The notes beneath the pieces were generated by a model. The model did not search any database. It saw nothing but the letters and a program-made list of their open reading frames with translations, and was not told the origin of the DNA. DNA of 64,000 nt, from the NCBI GenBank assembly GCA_964291315.2, contig OZ219753.1, positions 1,504,001 through 1,568,000 of the forward strand. The letters are read 5' to 3'. The first letter of the stretch is position 1. Every line of letters starts with the position of its first letter. Position numbers and translations under genes: made by a program. The DNA comes from Candidatus Poribacteria bacterium. GTDB lineage: Bacteria; Poribacteria; WGA-4E; WGA-3G. Below, piece after piece: positions 30,920 to 40,428 of the stretch.

Positions 30920-31444
30920 TTAGATCGCGAGTTTCGCTAAGATCTCATCAATCTTCTCCGGGGTCAAATTTTTGTACAGATCGTCGTTCACCATGATGAC
31001 GGGGGCCACATCACAAGAAGCGAGGCACTCCACTTTCATGAGAGTGAACTTACCATCGACAGTTGTGCCTTTCGCGAGATGCGTTTCGGAGGCAACCTCT
31101 GTGTCCAATTTTTCCTTGAGGTGATCCAATACGCCTTTACAATCCCGCAAAGCACAAGGCAAGGTATGACACACCCGAATTACATACTCGCCTACCGGTT
31201 CTTCAAAGAACATCGGATAGAAAGTGACAACATCCTTGACTTTCATCACGGTGACCTCAAGTTGTTCCGCGACATACGTCATGACAGCCGGGGTGATGTA
31301 GCCTGCCTGTTTTTGCGCGAGATGGAGCGTTGGCAGCATCGCTGCTTCTTTTATCGGATACCGCCCTATCAACGCCTCGAATTCACGCCGGTTTTCTTCG
31401 TTAAACGCGAAAGGCGTTTCTATTTGAATGAGTTCATCTGACAT
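30920..31444 (-). CDS. nuoE: NADH-quinone oxidoreductase subunit E
   Basis: VTFYPMF, CHTLPC, VECLASCDVAP; likely start MSDEL at 31444. Confidence 0.92.
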   Translation of the reverse strand: MSDELIQIETPFAFNEENRREFEALIGRYPIKEAAMLPTLHLAQKQAGYITPAVMTYVAEQLEVTVMKVKDVVTFYPMFFEEPVGEYVIRVCHTLPCALRDCKGVLDHLKEKLDTEVASETHLAKGTTVDGKFTLMKVECLASCDVAPVIMVNDDLYKNLTPEKIDEILAKLAI

Positions 31445-31600
31445 AAATATTTCCTTGGAATAATTATCAGTTGTCAGTCGTCGGTTTTCTGCGTTGTAAT
31501 TACAAACGTTCCTTGCAACAAGCACTTTACTGACGCTGATGCCATCTTCTCTGACCGCTAAGAGCCGGCGTAACGAACGCCCTAGTTTCTGGCTACTATA

Positions 31601-31942
31601 TTAGTAGTTTCCGTAAAACTGAATGCGGTTGCCTTCTGGGTCACGGATGTCGAAAATCGCACGTCCATCGTTGTTCTCCAGTTTCCGTAAGCGTTTCCCT
31701 TTCGATCTCAGATGCTGATGGACGGCACTAACGCTCTCAACGTGAAAAACAAGTTTTTGTCTTCCCTCATTGGGCCTGCTCGCGCTGTGGAGGCATAACT
31801 TACACGCGCCCGTGTCAAATCGAAAAAAGCGGTGCTCCGGAAAAGGTTGGTCTTCATCAGGCGTTAATCCGATAACATCGCGATAAAATGTGATGGTAGC
31901 CTTCATATTTTTGACGAAAAGAATTATGCTGCCAAGGTACAT
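31601..31942 (-). CDS. VOC/glyoxalase family protein
   Basis: FYRDVIGL, LVFHVESV, RDPEGNRIQ. Confidence 0.85.
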   Translation of the reverse strand: MYLGSIILFVKNMKATITFYRDVIGLTPDEDQPFPEHRFFRFDTGACKLCLHSASRPNEGRQKLVFHVESVSAVHQHLRSKGKRLRKLENNDGRAIFDIRDPEGNRIQFYGNY

Positions 31943-32000
31943 ATTTAAAGTGGGGTCTAATATAAAATTTACGCAATTTCCTAAGCACTACGGACAATTT

Positions 32001-32029
32001 AGTATATCATATATATTGGTTTTTGTCAG
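32001..32029 (-). promoter_or_regulatory. Internal sigma70-like promoter upstream of VOC-nuoE
   Basis: CTGACA-17 nt-TATACT with extended TG, inside an 11-bp inverted repeat pair. Confidence 0.5.
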
Positions 32030-32124
32030 TATCTTTTTGAAAGGATAGGAGCTATCGCTTGACAAACCTCACACCAATATCATCTAAATTGTCCAAATTT
32101 TAATATTTCGAGATCTTTTATTTT

Positions 32125-33429
32125 TTAGATAGGTCCTTTCGCCCTGATGCCCTGCTCCTCGAGAATGGTAATAAACTCGGATTGCGAACGTGTACTTTTT
32201 GTTGAGTTACATGCGTTGCAGAGGAGCTGCAGGTTTTCTGTTTTATCTGTTCCGCCTTTAGATTGTGGCATAATGTGGTCTATTGTCATATTGCGGAGCG
32301 GGAAAAAATAGTGGCATCCTGCACATTTCCCCTCTTGTTTTCCGTAGAGTTCATGTTTATAGGTGTGTGCTTTGGGTAGCTGCATTTGGGCAGCGGCATC
32401 TATTAAATCGGTACGTTGAGGAGGGCAGGTTCGGACGTTAATATCTTCCAGAGGGTTCCACAGGTTAGTCTGTTTATCGACTTCTTCTTGTAGTCTAATT
32501 TTAGTGATAATTTCTGCGGATGGGGAGATATCTATGCCGATCCACTGCCTGCCACGTTGTTCTGCCGCAACGCAAGTCGTTGCACATCCACAAAATGGAT
32601 CAAGAACAATACCGTTCTTGTTGCTAGAGGCTTCGATGATACGATGTAAAAGGGCGAGTGGTTTTTGGGTAGGCCACCCGGTGCGTTCATCATCTTTGCC
32701 CTGCATCGTTAATTCTTTTTCTGTCCATAGGTTGCCGATTGCAACACCTGGGTGGGTGTCCAAGTAGACCCTCTTTACAATACCTTGCCGGTATTTTCTA
32801 CCACGCGGAATTGCGTAACGCCGTCCTTTTTGATCTACATGTCTATATTCCGATGTGATGGTTTGTTCTGACAACGGGCGAAAAACAGGATTGAAATTAT
32901 ATGCCTTGTCCATAGTGTAAAAGAGCAATATATCAGTTTCGGTGGTGAATTTACGTTTAGCAGTGTTCTTGTGCCCACCGTATTTTCGCCACACAATTTC
33001 ATTGCGAAAGTTCTGTTTCCCGAACAAACTATCCATCACAAGTTTCAAATAATGGGAGGCGGTGGGATCGCAGTGTAAGTAAATGGAACCTGTGGATTTC
33101 AATATCCGTTTCATTTCAAACAGCCGCACTGCCATCGCCATGAGGTATATCTTCATAGATCTGTCGTAGACTGCTTCAGACGCTTGAACGATTTGATAGA
33201 GTGCTTCGTTGTCTTCTGCGATTTCGCCATGCCATTCATATTCGATGTCTTCGTCTGTCCAGATATCTTTGAAAGATGCACCTTCTGCGGGCGAACCAAT
33301 GGAGGCTTTGTATTGCTTTTTGGAGTTAAATGGTGGATCGAGGTATATCAAGTCAATGCAATCGGAGTTGATACCGCGTAGGATATCGAGATTATCGGCG
33401 ATGAAAAGGGTTCGGTTCTTGATGTTCAT
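32125..33429 (-). CDS. Beta-class (N6/N4) DNA methyltransferase fused to a C-terminal HNH endonuclease
   Basis: IYLDPPFNS, HCDPTASHYLK, PTQKP, LDPFCGCATT; C-terminal CAGC..DHIMP..GG..NLQLLC..CN; start 33429 or GTG 33453. Confidence 0.88.
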   Translation of the reverse strand: MNIKNRTLFIADNLDILRGINSDCIDLIYLDPPFNSKKQYKASIGSPAEGASFKDIWTDEDIEYEWHGEIAEDNEALYQIVQASEAVYDRSMKIYLMAMAVRLFEMKRILKSTGSIYLHCDPTASHYLKLVMDSLFGKQNFRNEIVWRKYGGHKNTAKRKFTTETDILLFYTMDKAYNFNPVFRPLSEQTITSEYRHVDQKGRRYAIPRGRKYRQGIVKRVYLDTHPGVAIGNLWTEKELTMQGKDDERTGWPTQKPLALLHRIIEASSNKNGIVLDPFCGCATTCVAAEQRGRQWIGIDISPSAEIITKIRLQEEVDKQTNLWNPLEDINVRTCPPQRTDLIDAAAQMQLPKAHTYKHELYGKQEGKCAGCHYFFPLRNMTIDHIMPQSKGGTDKTENLQLLCNACNSTKSTRSQSEFITILEEQGIRAKGPI

Positions 33430-33609
33430 TGGTCTATTTGGTTTGCTTCCCACCTTGTTCCATCTTTGACCTCGTTATTAAAACGGTGTTCACCTGAATA
33501 CGCAGCATAAACCCTATCTAAAATTTAGGTTACGAAATAGCACCGCGCAAATGAACCCTACAGTGGGGGCAGAAAGCCGAAAACCTAAAATTTCAGAGTG
33601 CTACGCCCG

Positions 33610-34806
33610 TTACCGATCTAATTCTCCTGCGATAATGTTCAGACTCCCTAAAACGGCCACGGTATCCGAGACCATTCCACCCTCTAACATGTGGGGTAGG
33701 GCTTGGAAGTGCAAGAAACTCGGCGGACGGATCCGGATACGATAACCGGTTCCGCTTCCATCACTGACAATGTAAAATCCTAGTTCTCCGTTTGGGGATT
33801 CCGTGGCGCAATAGTGATCACCTTTTGGCACTTCCACTCCGTGCCCATCCATAATCACTTTAAAGTGATGGATTAACCCCTCAATATGCCCATAAGCGTC
33901 CGGTTTGTTCGGAAGCATAATTTTGTTATTTTCCAAGTTGACGGGGCCATCAGGCATATTATCAAGCACCTGTTTAATGATACCGCAGCTCTGAATCATC
34001 TCCTCCATCCGAACGAGATAGCGATCGTAGGCATCGCCGTTGGTTCCGACCGGCACATTGAATGTCACTTCATCATAACTCGAGTAGGGCTCAGCCTGCC
34101 GAAGATCGTGCGCGACACCGGTGGCGCGGAGACAGGGACCCGTCAAACCGTAGTCTATGGCATCCTCACTTGAGATGGAACCAACGTTTTTTGTGCGATC
34201 CATCCAGATCCGGTTCCGGGTGAGGAGCGTGTGGGTTTCCTTCAACGCTTTCGGGAAGTTAGTGATGAATTGCCGAACATCTTCCTCGCAGCCTTGATAG
34301 AGGTCGCGGAGGACACCGCCCACACGCGTATAACTGGTTGTCAACCGGGCACCTGTTGTCTTCTCAAAAATGCTGTACAATTTTTCACGTTCACGGAAAC
34401 TATAAAGGAATACTGAAAATGCCCCTAAGTCAAGTGCTGCAGTCCCCAGCCACAGCAGATGGTCTGCCACTCTTGAAAGCTCTGCCATTAATATACGGAT
34501 ATATTGGCACCTTTTCGGTACCTCGATGCCGAGCAGCTGCTCAACTGCAAGCACGTAGCCGAAGTTGTTTGACAACGGTGACAGATAGTTCATCCTGTCT
34601 GTCACAACAATGTATTGGTTGTAATCTAGGTGTTCACCGAGTTTCTCAAACCCTGTGTGAAGGTAGCCCGCGTGCGGCGTTGCCTTCAAAATGGATTCAC
34701 CGTCGAGCTCTAACACGATGCGAAGGGTGCCGTGCGTTGCAGGATGCTGCGGACCGAAGTTGAGAACCATCTTTTCGCCTGCGGCGTGTTCCAGTCCACT
34801 TTGCAT
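33610..34806 (-). CDS. nuoD: NADH-quinone oxidoreductase subunit D
   Basis: NFGPQHPATHGTLR, GYLHTGFEK, ESPNGELG, GELDR. Confidence 0.95.
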   Translation of the reverse strand: MQSGLEHAAGEKMVLNFGPQHPATHGTLRIVLELDGESILKATPHAGYLHTGFEKLGEHLDYNQYIVVTDRMNYLSPLSNNFGYVLAVEQLLGIEVPKRCQYIRILMAELSRVADHLLWLGTAALDLGAFSVFLYSFREREKLYSIFEKTTGARLTTSYTRVGGVLRDLYQGCEEDVRQFITNFPKALKETHTLLTRNRIWMDRTKNVGSISSEDAIDYGLTGPCLRATGVAHDLRQAEPYSSYDEVTFNVPVGTNGDAYDRYLVRMEEMIQSCGIIKQVLDNMPDGPVNLENNKIMLPNKPDAYGHIEGLIHHFKVIMDGHGVEVPKGDHYCATESPNGELGFYIVSDGSGTGYRIRIRPPSFLHFQALPHMLEGGMVSDTVAVLGSLNIIAGELDR

Positions 34807-34898
34807 AGAAGACTCCTTTTCTTTGTATTTTAGTTTAAGAGATACATGCGCTTTTCTGTGTCCATTGTCATAACAGTGGAGCGGCGTCCGGCGGCATT

Positions 34899-35447
34899 TT
34901 AAACGTTCTGCTTGTCAAAATTAAACCGTTCGCGTTCACCACGTCCCCGAAGCGGGTAGTCTTTACGAAGCGGATACCCTTCGAAATCGTCTGGCATTAA
35001 GATCCGACGGAGATCCGGGTGACCCTCAAAATGGATACCAAACATGTCATATGTTTCACGTTCCAACCAATTCGCCCCGCGCCATAACTCTGTAACGGAG
35101 CGGATACGCAAGTCATTTTCATGCACAGGCACCTTGACCCGAACGCGACCCAGTCCTTTGTAGGAATAGAGTTGGTAGACCACCATGAATCTTGCATAGT
35201 CAAACCGTATTAACTCCGATTCCATCTCCGCGTTGTCCACTGCTGTGACATCAACTAGGTAGGTATAGGCAAGCTCTGGCTCTGTTTTGAGATATGCTAA
35301 AAGCGAGTAAGCTTGTTCCTTACGCACAACAACGACAGCTGTCCCACGGACCTCTTCTTGTACTAACAGGGCATCTGCATAATCCGCCTCTAATTTTTCA
35401 AGCACAAGAGGTTTCGACTGTTCTTCGCCTGCGTTCTCTTCATTCAT
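34899..35447 (-). CDS. nuoC: NADH-quinone oxidoreductase subunit C
   Basis: [32 protein letters not shown]. Confidence 0.95.
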   Translation of the reverse strand: MNEENAGEEQSKPLVLEKLEADYADALLVQEEVRGTAVVVVRKEQAYSLLAYLKTEPELAYTYLVDVTAVDNAEMESELIRFDYARFMVVYQLYSYKGLGRVRVKVPVHENDLRIRSVTELWRGANWLERETYDMFGIHFEGHPDLRRILMPDDFEGYPLRKDYPLRGRGERERFNFDKQNV

Positions 35448-35949
35448 AAACGGTTCCCTCTACTCCTTTAGGTAAAGCACCACTGTTAATTTTTTGCTGC
35501 ACCTGTAGCACTCCATCGATGAGGTCTTCAGGACGTGGTGGGCATCCGGGAATATAGATATCCACCGGAATGAATTGGTCAACGCCTTGAATAAGCGTAT
35601 AGGTATCAAATACACCGCCACAGGAAGCACACGCCCCCATCGAAATCACCCACTTCGGATCTGGCATTTGGTCGTAGATCCGTTTCAAAACCGGCATCAT
35701 TTTGATGGAGATTCTGCCGGAGACAATCAGCAGATCCGATTGGCGCGGTGAAAAGCGGATCGCCTCAGAGCCAAACCGAGAAAGGTCAAATTTAGACGCT
35801 AAAGTCGCCATCATCTCAATCGCGCAGCAGGCCGTACCAAACGGCATGGGCCACAAGGAATTCTTTCGTCCCCAATTCACAACCTTATCAATAGTTGTTG
35901 TGATGATGTTGCTGTCCTGGCCCGTTCCTGCTCCAAAGTCTAATCCCAT
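35440..35949 (-). CDS. nuoB: NADH-quinone oxidoreductase subunit B
   Basis: [30 protein letters not shown]; likely start MGLD at 35949. Confidence 0.95.
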   Translation of the reverse strand: MGLDFGAGTGQDSNIITTTIDKVVNWGRKNSLWPMPFGTACCAIEMMATLASKFDLSRFGSEAIRFSPRQSDLLIVSGRISIKMMPVLKRIYDQMPDPKWVISMGACASCGGVFDTYTLIQGVDQFIPVDIYIPGCPPRPEDLIDGVLQVQQKINSGALPKGVEGTVYE

Positions 35950-36308
35950 GTTAAGCCTCCTTTCTTCCAAGCGTAGATATAACCGAGAAGAAGAATACCG
36001 ATAAACACCAGCATTTCAAGTAAAATAAACAAACCACTCGTTTCAGAGAATTTCTTGAATACCATAGCCCAAGGATAGAGAAATATCACTTCAATATCGA
36101 AGATGATAAAGAGCATAGCGATGAGATCAAAGCGGATGTTGAACCGCTGTCTCGCATCGCCAACCGGGCGGACACCCGATTCATACACGGAGAGTTTTAC
36201 GCGATTCGGGCGTTTGGGACCAAGAATGTGAGTCAAACCGAGATTAATCGCAGCAAAAATAACCGCGAATAGCCCTAATAACAAAATCGGAAGATAATCT
36301 ATTAACAT
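35940..36308 (-). CDS. nuoA: NADH-quinone oxidoreductase subunit A
   Basis: [25 protein letters not shown]. Confidence 0.95.
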   Translation of the reverse strand: MLIDYLPILLLGLFAVIFAAINLGLTHILGPKRPNRVKLSVYESGVRPVGDARQRFNIRFDLIAMLFIIFDIEVIFLYPWAMVFKKFSETSGLFILLEMLVFIGILLLGYIYAWKKGGLTWD

Positions 36309-36469
36309 TGTTTCTAATCTATTTCGTCCTCGAGCGTCTTAATATTGAGTTACGCACTTCCTCAAGTCGACAGATTAATTCGATCCCAAAGGAAGACACC
36401 TTAATCCATTTAGTAGTATAGTTTCTCATATTTCGAAAAGAATGTCAAGTTTTTTTGGAAAAAAGTAAG

Positions 36470-36498
36470 TTGATCTGTTTTCGTAAATCTGTTATTCT
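36470..36498 (+). promoter_or_regulatory. Promoter for a probably leaderless RM transcript
   Basis: TTGATC-17 nt-TATTCT (extended TG), 6 nt before the ATG at 36505; no Shine-Dalgarno. Confidence 0.45.
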
Positions 36499-36504
36499 AC
36501 CTTC

Positions 36505-39500
36505 ATGCAAAAATTTAGTCTCAAATCCACCCACAAGTCGATCCGCGACTATTATGCCACGCTGCAGGCATACAACCAGCACGACATCAGACATGAAGGC
36601 GCGGTGAGCTCTTCCTTCGAGGCACTCCTGCACGCCTGCGCGAAGCAGATGAAAGCGACGCTCATCCCGCAATATCAGATGCACGCCCCCAACGGAAACC
36701 GCATCGTTATTGACGGCGCAATCTTGGATGAATATAGCCTGCCGCTCGCCTACTGGGAGGCAAAAGATATTGATGACGATCTCACGAAGGCTGTTGAAGA
36801 AAAACGCGCGGCGGGGTATCCGCTAGACAACATCGTGTTCCAGAACCCACAGCGTGCGATTGTCTATCAGAACGGACGGGTCGCCTTAGACAGCGATAGC
36901 CGCAAGGCTGCAGGACTGATCGCCGCTCTTGAATGTCTGTTCGCTTATCTTCCGCCGGCATTGGAAAATTGGCAGTCGGCTGTAAAAGACTTCAAAGAAC
37001 ATGTGCCGGCCCTGGCAAGCGAGTTGAAAGAGCTCATTGAGCAGCGACACGCGGTGGATACGGCATTCCAAACGGCGTTCGCTAACTTCTATGAGACCTG
37101 CCGCACGACGATCAACCCCGAGCTCTCACAGGAGGCGGTTGAGGAGATGCTGATCCAACACATCCTCACCGAACGGATCTTCCGAACGGTTTTCAACCGC
37201 TCCGACTTTACGAGCCGGAACATTATCGCTGTTGAGATAGAGAATGTGAGTAGTGCGCTGATGCGGCAGGCGATGAGTCGAGATGTGTTTCTGGCGCCCT
37301 TAGATCGTTTCTATATCGCTATTGAACAGGCAGCACTATTCTGCAAAGACTTCTCACAGAAGCAGAGCTTCCTCAACAGCTTCTATGAGAAGTTTTTTCA
37401 AGGGTTCTCGGAGGATGTAGCGGACACACACGGCATTGTCTATACACCGCAGCCGATCGTGAATTTCATGGTCAACAGCGTGCAACATCTATTAGAGACC
37501 GAGTTTGATCGTTCGCTGTCGGACACGGGCGTGCATATCATAGACCCGTTTGTCGGCACGGGCAACTTCATCGTCCGACTGATGCAGGACATCCAAGGCA
37601 CGGCACTCGAGGCGAAATACCGCGAGGAGCTGCACTGTAACGAAGTGATGCTGTTGCCCTACTACATTGCTAGCCTGAACATCGAGCAGGAATACTTCCG
37701 TCGGACTGGTGCGTATCTGCCGTTTGAGGGGATCGTGCTGGCGGATACATTTGAGCTGCTTGAACAAGAGCAGGGACAGCTCTTCACGCGTGAAAACACG
37801 GAGCGGGTGCAGGAGCAGAAGGCGGCGGACATGTTCGTGGTGATCGGCAATCCCCCCTACAACGCCGGGCAGGTCAATGAGAACGACAACAACAAGAACC
37901 GGAAGTATCCACTTATGAACGCGCGGGTTGCGGAGACGTATGTGAAAGACTCCACAGCCACGTTGCGGAATAAACTCTACGATCCGTATGTGAAGGCGAT
38001 CCGCTGGGCATCGGATAGAATTGGAGAGGAAGGCGTTGTGGCTCTGATAACAAATAACAGTTTTCTCGACGGGATTGGGTTTGACGGTATGCGAAATCAC
38101 CTTGCGAAAGATTTCCATGCAATCTATGCTCTCGACTTAGGCGGAAATGCCCGGAAGGGATTAAAGGTCTCTCATGCGAATGTGTTCGGCATTCGGGTAG
38201 GGGTGAGTATCAACCTATTCGTGAAAAACAGAGAGCGTTCATCAGGGCAACCGTGCATCTATTACTATCGCACGGATGAGATGTGGAATAGAGAGCAGAA
38301 GTTCGAGTTCCTGAATAAATGCCGGCATGTGGGCGGGGTTGCGTGGCAGCCGGTTGCACCCGACGCGCGCCACACATGGCTCACGACAGGGCTCCGTCCC
38401 GAATTTGAGACCTTTCTTCCGATGGGCACCAAGGTAGCAAAGGCAAAAAGAGGGGCTGCAACAGAAGTACTTTTCAAAACCTATAGCAACGGCGTGAAGA
38501 CGAATCGTGATGCATGGACTTACAATTTTAACCGAAACGCACTCGTTGAAAATATAAGTCGGATGATTGAGACTTACAACGCAGAAGTGGCGCGCTGGAC
38601 ACAACGGAGAAATAGAGAGGTGCCCGTTGATAATTTTGTGGTATATGACGATACAAAAATCAAGTGGAGTCGGGATTTAAAAGCGAAATTGAAACGAGGA
38701 ACAGTTGCCAAATATGCGGATCACAAGGTGAGGACCTCCCTCTATCGCCCTTTTACGAAATCCAACCTCTACTTCGACCGAACTATGAACGATGTCGTAT
38801 CCCTATTTCCATCTATCTTCCCTACCCTAGAGACTGAATCAGAAAATCGGGTCATTTGTGTCAACGTGACGCTAGAAAAACCCTTTACTTGTTTGATGAC
38901 TGCTTGTATTCCTGATTTTGTAGTAACGGGCGGGTTTGGATCACCAACTCAAAGTTTCCCCTTCTACACCTATGACGAAGACGGCACAAACCGCCGCGAA
39001 AATATCACCGACTGGGCATTGACAGAATTCCGCTCTCACTACAAAGACGATAGCATTAGCAAGTGGGACATCTTCCACTATGCCTATGGGCTCCTGCACC
39101 ATCCCGACTACCGAGAGAAATATGAGGCGAACTTGAAGCGCGATCTGCCGCATATCCCCTTCGCCACAGACTTCTGGGCGTTCGCTACCGCAGGCGTAAA
39201 GCTCGCAGAGCTCCACGTCAATTACGAAACCGCACAGCAGTTCCCGTTGAAATACAGAGAAACGCCCGACACGCCGATAGACTGGCGCGTGGAGAAGATG
39301 AAGTTGTCTAAAGACAAAACACAGTTGAAATATAACGAGTTCTTGACGTTAGACGGCATCCCAGCGGAGGTGTTTGCATATCGGTTAGGCACTCGTTCAG
39401 CGTTGGAATGGGTGATAGATCAGTATCGTGTGAAGACGCACAAGCGGAGCCGGTTGGTTACCGATCCGAATTGTGCGGATGCGCCGCGGTATATTGTGGA

Positions 39501-39570
39501 TTTAGTGGCGCGGGTTATCACTGTCAGTCTAAAGACGGTGGAGATTGTTAAGAATTTGCCGGAACTTTAA
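36505..39570 (+). CDS. Type IIG/ISP-like restriction-modification fusion (nuclease + gamma-class N6 MTase + specificity domain, no helicase)
   Basis: N-terminal IDG..YWEAK, GIVYTP, IDPFVGTGNF, VIGNPPY, GVKTNRD, YRPF, C-terminal LG.RSALEWVIDQY. Confidence 0.85.
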   Translation: MQKFSLKSTHKSIRDYYATLQAYNQHDIRHEGAVSSSFEALLHACAKQMKATLIPQYQMHAPNGNRIVIDGAILDEYSLPLAYWEAKDIDDDLTKAVEEKRAAGYPLDNIVFQNPQRAIVYQNGRVALDSDSRKAAGLIAALECLFAYLPPALENWQSAVKDFKEHVPALASELKELIEQRHAVDTAFQTAFANFYETCRTTINPELSQEAVEEMLIQHILTERIFRTVFNRSDFTSRNIIAVEIENVSSALMRQAMSRDVFLAPLDRFYIAIEQAALFCKDFSQKQSFLNSFYEKFFQGFSEDVADTHGIVYTPQPIVNFMVNSVQHLLETEFDRSLSDTGVHIIDPFVGTGNFIVRLMQDIQGTALEAKYREELHCNEVMLLPYYIASLNIEQEYFRRTGAYLPFEGIVLADTFELLEQEQGQLFTRENTERVQEQKAADMFVVIGNPPYNAGQVNENDNNKNRKYPLMNARVAETYVKDSTATLRNKLYDPYVKAIRWASDRIGEEGVVALITNNSFLDGIGFDGMRNHLAKDFHAIYALDLGGNARKGLKVSHANVFGIRVGVSINLFVKNRERSSGQPCIYYYRTDEMWNREQKFEFLNKCRHVGGVAWQPVAPDARHTWLTTGLRPEFETFLPMGTKVAKAKRGAATEVLFKTYSNGVKTNRDAWTYNFNRNALVENISRMIETYNAEVARWTQRRNREVPVDNFVVYDDTKIKWSRDLKAKLKRGTVAKYADHKVRTSLYRPFTKSNLYFDRTMNDVVSLFPSIFPTLETESENRVICVNVTLEKPFTCLMTACIPDFVVTGGFGSPTQSFPFYTYDEDGTNRRENITDWALTEFRSHYKDDSISKWDIFHYAYGLLHHPDYREKYEANLKRDLPHIPFATDFWAFATAGVKLAELHVNYETAQQFPLKYRETPDTPIDWRVEKMKLSKDKTQLKYNEFLTLDGIPAEVFAYRLGTRSALEWVIDQYRVKTHKRSRLVTDPNCADAPRYIVDLVARVITVSLKTVEIVKNLPEL

Positions 39571-39662
39571 CGCTCTTTGGTCAACGCCGCATGCTTTCGC
39601 TTGTCGGATGTGGGCAGAAACCAACGGTGTTATTGAAAAAACGCCTGCTGAGTTGCCGTAAT

Positions 39663-39752
39663 TGGAGCGGTTGTCAGACCTTCTCTCAAAAGAAGGAAGC
39701 TTACTGTGAGCAAACGCAACCCCCTACCTTCACGGAGGGGTTACTATGGTCA
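39663..39752 (+). mobile_element. Degenerate IS200/IS605 (tnpB 3' end / right-end)-like remnant; may also act as a terminator
   Basis: TGGAGCGGTTGTCAGACC plus hairpin, then AACCCCCT..AGGGGTT hairpin and GGTCA; no transposase. Confidence 0.35.
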
Positions 39753-39764
39753 GACATTCATTTT

Positions 39765-40412
39765 TCATGGAGCCAGACGTTGCATCCGCCATGTTCCATC
39801 GGATTGCAGTGTGTAAAGGAGTCGATCGTGAAGGCGGTTCGGGCATCCTTGCCAAAACTCAAACAGGTTCGGTTTGAGACGGTATCCGCCCCAATGAGGT
39901 GGACGCGGAACGGTGTTTTGTGAGGAATATGTTTCTCCTGCGCGCTGGAAACCTTCTATGAGATTTCCGCGACTGCTAATCACGCGGCTTTGCCGTTCCG
40001 CCCACACAGCGAGTTGGCTATTCAGAGGCCGGCTTGCAAAGTAGGTATCTGATTCCTCAGGTGTCATTTTCTCAACCATGCCGGTGCTTCGGACCTGACG
40101 GTCAAGTTCCCGCCAATAGAATACCAAGGCAGCGTTTGGGTTCTCCGCAAGTTCCCGCCCTTTTTGGCTCTCATAGTCCGTGTAGAAACCGAAACCGCTG
40201 TCGTCAAATCCCCTGAGTACGACCGTTCGGGCAGCAGGGATGCCTTGCCGGGTTGCAGTCGCTAATGTCATTGCATCTGGTAAATCAATCTCAGCAGCGA
40301 CCGCATCAGAAAACCATGCGTCGAACTGTTCAAACGGATCTGGCGCAGCCGTCTCTTCAAGCAAGTGTGCGCCTTGTGCGCTGTATTCTCTACGGAGTTT
40401 GTCAGTGTTCAT
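39765..40412 (-). CDS. pdxH: Pyridoxamine 5'-phosphate oxidase
   Basis: AMTLAT, RTVVL, FYTDYESQKG, YFASRP, RPPHWGG, EFWQG..RLHDR, RLAP. Confidence 0.95.
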   Translation of the reverse strand: MNTDKLRREYSAQGAHLLEETAAPDPFEQFDAWFSDAVAAEIDLPDAMTLATATRQGIPAARTVVLRGFDDSGFGFYTDYESQKGRELAENPNAALVFYWRELDRQVRSTGMVEKMTPEESDTYFASRPLNSQLAVWAERQSRVISSRGNLIEGFQRAGETYSSQNTVPRPPHWGGYRLKPNLFEFWQGCPNRLHDRLLYTLQSDGTWRMQRLAP

Positions 40413-40428
40413 AATGTGGGGGTGGTGT

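Noticed and set aside
33519-33592. MITE at the nuoD-MTase junction
   Set aside because: AT-rich imperfect inverted repeat only, with no target duplication or second copy
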